A DNA stretch of 63,703 nucleotides, filler included, from Bigelowiella natans CCMP2755 (Eukaryota > Protista > Cercozoa), in NCBI GenBank assembly GCA_000320545.1. It is 9 parts of 9 records of this genome, joined end to end, with 100 filler letters (N's around TTAATTAATTAA, not from the genome) between each part and the next. Parts side by side here need not be neighbours in the genome. Positions count along the whole stretch, not along the records: positions 51,737 to 59,819 come from ADNK01001124.1; positions 59,920 to 61,912 come from ADNK01002080.1; positions 62,013 to 63,703 come from ADNK01002045.1; 6 more parts are not named here. One strand, written 5' to 3'. Below are positions 53,595 to 63,703 of this stretch, piece after piece. The translations under genes were made by a program, and so were the position numbers. The notes beneath the pieces are model-generated. The model made no database searches, had not been told where the DNA came from, and saw only the letters and a program-made list of their open reading frames with translations. Each line of letters opens with the position of its first letter. The stretch's first letter is position 1.

Positions 53595-54391
53595 TGTCTG
53601 ATAAATCATTTCTCCAGGTGATGGTGCGGCACCCAGAGCTGCTCCAGCACGACTTCACGACCAAAGGCAGGCTATTCGTCCCAGTCGACATCCAAGTCTG
53701 CAACCGCCGCGACGATATCAGCGTGTCCTTCGTCTTTGAAACTCTTCCTCCGAACCAAGAGTTTGATTCGGTGAGCAGGAGCTTCCGCGAAAGCCGGAAC
53801 CACTCCATGGCCGCGAGGTGTGTACAGTCGTGTTCCGTCACAATAATAACTCCACTCCTTGCAGCTTTGATGGCGGTGTTTCGAGAATGCATCAGAATTT
53901 CAGGAATCGATGTTCGTCGGTGTTTCTGGTCTCTCTGTCACTCTCTCTCTCTCTCTCTCTTTCTCCCTCTCCATGTCTTGCCATCCATAATACGTTTCTC
54001 TGCGTTGTGATAAATGACGACGATGATGAAGAAGACCTTCGATTGTATTGCGCGCCCACGCCACCAACCAACCGCAACCACATGCATCTTCATCATCATC
54101 ACGATCACCACCACCATCATCATCGTCTTCTTAAGGTACTTCTGGCACGGAAAGACAACGCAGCGCGTGAAGCAACTAGGCCCAAACAAGAAGGTGCTGC
54201 TGCAGATCCACGCAGCGTTTCATGCCGACGGGGACTACAACTTGAACCGATTCCGGTTTAGCGTGGACATGCCTGGTATTGGCATCAAGCACTTCTTCTT
54301 CCCGCTGCAGCACCTTATTTCCATCCGATCAGACGGCGGTACGGCGACCACCGCGCCAGCTGCGAGTGCCAAAGGCGGGTCGAAGTCGTAG
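52100..54391 (+). CDS. TRAPPC8: TRAPP III subunit 8 (Trs85/TRAPPC8)-like protein, C-terminal part
   Basis: DFDLIVLW, HDFTTKGRLFVPVDIQVCN and YFWHGKTTQRVKQLGPNKKVLLQIHAAFHADGDYNL resemble the TRAPPC8 C-terminus (H.F...C.IPV.L...N; F.W.G.T...L.....L.A.F...GVYNL). Stop at 54391. Confidence 0.62.
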
Positions 54392-54569
54392 TGTTGAGTA
54401 TAGAAGCGCCGTCACTACGAACATAAGTTTGAGCGGACAGCACGTCCGGATAATGCAGCCATCGCTCTCAAAGCGGTCAATAAGTATTTATCATCGTCGC
54501 CGCAAGAGCGGATAAGCACTGAATGTACGTGCTGCCAAAAGTCACGCTGCGCTGCACTTCTGCTGTGCT

Positions 54570-54860
54570 CGCATTTATCTAGCTATATTCATTAGCTCGG
54601 CCACAAGAACTCGCTAGCGCGTTGTAGGGTCCCGCCTAGCCGCGCATGCACTTGCCTCAGTTGCAACTTTGTGTGTGTGTAACTTCAAATTAGCTTTGAA
54701 TAAGCAAATTTGAATATTATATATACTTTTACATGGTCACCTGCCTTTGCAGTGCACACGCGATGCAATCATACTAGCATAGCAATCATAGCTAGATAGC
54801 ATGCGCGCACACATGCATATCTAGATATGTCCATAAAGATATATGCCTTTCTAGCTTGCC
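54570..54860. other. CTAG-rich island between the convergent TRAPPC8-like and ATAD2-like 3' ends
   Basis: 7 CTAG in about 290 bp, plus the palindrome CATATCTAGATATG at 54816-54829. Confidence 0.55.
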
Positions 54861-55009
54861 TCAGATAACAATAACCAAATTGGACTCATTCTTCGCATCA
54901 CCATCACCATCATCATCATCATTGACGTAATGACACTTTTGAAGATGCACGCAATCCTGTTGATTGGAACGCATTCTTAAGCATAGCATTCCACATCGCA
55001 GCACTCGAT

Positions 55010-59819
<4,810 letters not shown>

Positions 59820-60057
59820 NNNNNNNNNNNNNNNNNNNNNNNNNNNNNNNNNNNNNNNNNNNNTTAATTAATTAANNNNNNNNNNNNNNNNNNNNNNNNN
59901 NNNNNNNNNNNNNNNNNNNAAAAATATGCGCCCGCGCGCACGCGCGCGCTCTATCTCTCTCTCTCTCACCCCGCACAAGTATCTCTATATATATCTCTCT
60001 CTCGCACACACAGCGCGCGCACAAAGCGCGCGCGCGCGCTCCACAAAAACCCCCCCC

Positions 60058-60161
<104 letters not shown>

Positions 60162-60165
60162 CATA

Positions 60166-60225
<60 letters not shown>

Positions 60226-60239
60226 ATTTTGAAAATAAA

Positions 60240-60718
60240 TTATTTTACAGAATCGCTAATTTGCTGTTTGCGGCAGCTTCGACGTGCAGCACATGCATCA
60301 ATGAAGTCCAACCTGCTCTGGGTCCGAGAGATAGATGCGTCCTCGAGGCCTTTGCATTGTATCGGAAAGAAAATAGGCCAAAAGTGCACCGTGCCCCCCA
60401 CCAGTCTTTCCCCTTCCCTCCTTGCCATCCTCTGTTCCATTTTCATGCTCACCACCCCTCCTTCCATACTCTGCTCTTGTTGTTGTTGCTGCTGCTGTCG
60501 CTTGTCCTGCCGTTGGTGCTGCTTCGAGTGCGATTGCAGGCTCCCAGTAAACCTCAAAGAACCGGTATCGAAAAGGGCCTCCTCCGTCATCGCCATCGGT
60601 AGTGCTTCTGCTCTCCATTCTTTTCTTCTTGGAATGCGGGCTAGTCTTCAGATGTCTGCTGCTGCTACTATGCACGCTGCCTCCTCGCCCTTTCTTCTCC
60701 TCGGTATTTCTATCCCCA

Positions 60719-60753
<35 letters not shown>

Positions 60754-61600
60754 ACTACTACTATTGCTGCTGCTGCTGCTACTGGCCCCTCCTCCCTGCC
60801 GTCGTCTGCGAACGCGCTTGTAAAGCGGGCCCGAGTGCACAAGAAGGGGGTGCGGTGCACGATGGCTGGGGGAGGACGGCGACGTTGAGGAACTTACTGC
60901 TGTCAAGCCCCTTCCACTCGGTGAGATTTGTGGTGAAATTGGCCCAGAGGCAGAGGAAGGTGAGGCTTGCGATGATGTTTGCTCTGCACTGGCTGCTGTT
61001 TTGCCTGAGCGACCTCCATTATTTCTCTCCCTCCTCTTTCTTTCACGCCGCCAAGCCGGCCATTCCACTTGGAACGGAGCAGGCCTTGATTGCGCGGGAA
61101 GCAGCATTCTGAAGACGGGAGACAGAAGAATAGCGACGACGACGCCAGTGACGAAGTGTTGTCAATTTATCGACACTATCTAGTATTTGCGTGCTGTATG
61201 TATGCGTAGAAAGGTTGTGCACAGCATAGGATGGGTACCTAAGGGCTTCGATGCCCAAGATCGCGCGATTTACTCCGTTGCATGCATCGTTGAGTCCAAC
61301 AGCGAGAGAGCGAAATTGTTTCTCCTCAATCGCAATAGCCAATCGACCGAACGACTCGTGCATAGCAGATATCCGGCGCATCTAGTATATCGTGGGAGAT
61401 TAATCTGTGATGTTAAAATGTGTGGCTCGTGAAAAGTTATAAATGTTGCTACTACCCGGCTCGCGCATGTTGATTCTAGAGCTTCCATTACGGAGATAAG
61501 CGCTGCTTGGTCTTCCAAAGTTCTTAACCGACGTTTAGACAAGGTAGAGTTGAGCCTTTTGCCCATATCTTTCAAGTGATTCGATTTCATTATTCCTGTG
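60240..61600 (-). CDS. Unidentified coding fragments; possibly the 5' part of the ATAD2-like gene or a separate gene
   Basis: Ser/Arg-rich ORF 61107-60298, plus exon-like HESFGRLAIAIEEKQFRSLAVGLNDACNGVNRAILGIEALR|GT and LEDQAALISVMEALESTCASR|GT. Confidence 0.35.
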
Positions 61601-61620
61601 ATGTTGGATTGTGCACGTGT

Positions 61621-61657
<37 letters not shown>

Positions 61658-62012
61658 GTGTTTCTTTCTACGCTATGCAAGAGCAACAGTCAAAATGGTA
61701 AGGGGGTAGTAATAACAATCGTAATGCTGCTGTTGTTGCTGCTGCTGGTGTTGTTATGGTGGTGGTGGTGGTGGTGGTGGTGGTGGTGTTGATGATGATG
61801 ATAGTGATGATATGGTGGAATGATTTTCCGCGAGAATGATCGATACTACGCCCACATACAAAGGCATTGACGTTGGCAGGCATATGCATGTAAATATATA
61901 TATATATATATANNNNNNNNNNNNNNNNNNNNNNNNNNNNNNNNNNNNNNNNNNNNTTAATTAATTAANNNNNNNNNNNNNNNNNNNNNNNNNNNNNNNN
62001 NNNNNNNNNNNN

Positions 62013-62548
62013 AGAGCTGAAGGACCTTGCCCCCGGGTGGGGGGGGGAGGATCAGCCAGCTGCGGTCGCTGCGGAAGCTCGAGATATCCGACACCCAAGC
62101 TCCAGCGCCTCCCGGATGGCCTCCTCTCTCTCCCGCTCCTTGAGGAGCTCAGCCTAAACACGAGCAAGCTCCTGGAGCTGCCGTCGGAGATCACCAAGGA
62201 CGCGAGAGGGGAGGGGGGGGAGGACCCCCCCCAGTCGCGGCTAAAGGAGCTCGACTTGTCCGACAACAAGCTTTCTCTGCTGCCTGGAGAGACTATTCGT
62301 GGGCTCAGCCGGCTTGAGAAGCTGGACATCTCCGACAATAGGATACCGATGCTGCCCAGCGAGATCGAGGCGTTAGAGCACCTCAAGCACGTGGCCTTCA
62401 GCTCCAACGGCCTCCGCTCGCTCCCCGGACAGCTGTTTCGAATCGCCGCGCTCGAGGAGCTCGAGGTCTACCAAAACAAGCTCACTGATCTCACCGAGCG
62501 CGTTGGCGAGCTCGCGGCGCTCAGAGAACTCAAGTGCGGAAAACACAA

Positions 62549-62587
<39 letters not shown>

Positions 62588-63703
62588 AGCTTATTATGCA
62601 GAGACGAGAGATTTCAGGGGAGGAGGGGGGGAAGGGGGAAGACGTTAATCTAGCTGCTTCTTTTTCAATTTTCTCATATCCTCACATCTTCTTCTCCCCA
62701 TCTAAATCCCACGTACCGCCCCACCCCTCCTCCCCCCCCCTAGCGTTGACGACAACATGCTGCGATCGCTCCCTCGGAGCATAGGCATGCTGCTCGAGCT
62801 GAGGGATCTGCAAGTCGACGACAACAGGCTGGCCTCTTTGCCGGTGGAAATCGGCGGCCTCCAGGCCCTGGAGAAGTACTCGCCTGAGCACCGAGCATTA
62901 CACTTATTTGAAGATGCAGACACTACCGTCATTCGCCGACCGTCACCATCATCATCACCATCATCATCACCATCATCATCATCATTATTCATTAATATAG
63001 TCATCATGAAAATCGACCGTGCTGAGGGCGACGCGGCCATGACTGCTCGGAACGGCAACAATAACAACAACAAATACTTATATATATTTATATATATAGG
63101 CTGGGCTTGTATGGCAATAGGCTGCGCTCCCTGCCGCCGGACATCTCGGAGCTGAAGCAGCTCAAGAACCTCTCGCTGATGAAGAACAAGATCGTTTCTC
63201 TCCCGCGTTCGCTCGGCGGCCTCGAGAAGCTCGAGGACCTTGACCTCTCACAGAATAAGCTCAAGAGCCTCCCCCCCTCCATCGGAGACCTCGCAGCGCT
63301 CACTTACCTCGACATGGGCGAAAATCGTCTGGGGAGGGACGGGGCGCTTCCGCCTACGCTTGACGGGCTCGAAAGCTTGGAGCACTTGTCTCTGAGAGAG
63401 AACCGCTTGTATCAACTTCCCGAGGAGGTTCTCAAGATACGCAACCTGCAGAGCCTCATGCTGGACACCAACAGGTGGTGTCGCGGATGCTGCTGCTGCG
63501 CGCGTTGTGTGCGTATGCGTGTGTGTTGTGTGTGTGTGTGTTGTGTGTGGGAGAGACACGGGGCGGGGGGGGGGGGGGGGGGAAGGTGAAAATGGGCACC
63601 GACAGCAGGTAGTATCTTAGTTTCCTCTGCGCCTCACTCATGGCTTTATACTCTCCTTTTGTAGGGCTGTACTTGGCCTCACCTGCTGTGCAGGCCCTGC
63701 CCC
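62013..63703 (+). CDS. Leucine-rich repeat protein (SHOC2/LRRC-type 23-aa repeats), partial at both ends
   Basis: Repeats LKELDLSDNKLSLLP, LEKLDISDNRIPMLP, LRDLQVDDNRLASLP, LEDLDLSQNKLKSLPPSIGDL and LEHLSLRENRLYQLP, split by GT-AG introns. Confidence 0.93.

Overview
This is eukaryotic nuclear DNA: intron-rich, GT-AG spliced, standard code, with microsatellites in most introns and eight 100-bp artificial gap spacers (N44-TTAATTAATTAA-N44). The organism is probably a protist; a signal peptide followed by an FRGG motif hints at a secondary-plastid alga such as a chlorarachniophyte, but that is inference only. Genes assembled by hand from spliced exons: a TTLL-family tubulin-modifying ligase (5' part), an inward-rectifier K+ channel, a divergent topoisomerase IB, RNase H1, an ankyrin protein, ribosomal protein uS8/S15A, a secreted Kelch+EGF membrane protein, a dual-specificity phosphatase, fimbrin, a RUN-domain protein, a BT1/FBT folate-biopterin transporter, a TRAPPC8-like C-terminus, an ATAD2/Yta7-like AAA ATPase, an LRR protein and several unidentified multi-exon genes. 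The most striking unexplained signal is a set of 0.3-1.1 kb intergenic islands. In the three clearest (about 2110-3117, 12482-13250 and 30481-31620) TpA is almost erased except in TAG/CTA contexts, TG/CA are abundant and CpG is retained. Four more (about 17380-17830, 21980-22410, 37381-37860 and 54570-54860) are CTAG-rich or only partly depleted. All seven lie just downstream of a stop codon, and none lies between divergent promoters. The pattern is the opposite of fungal RIP and is not explained by CpG decay. It suggests a targeted TpA->TpG/CpA (A-to-G) hypermutation process acting on 3'-intergenic or relic DNA. All counts are by hand.
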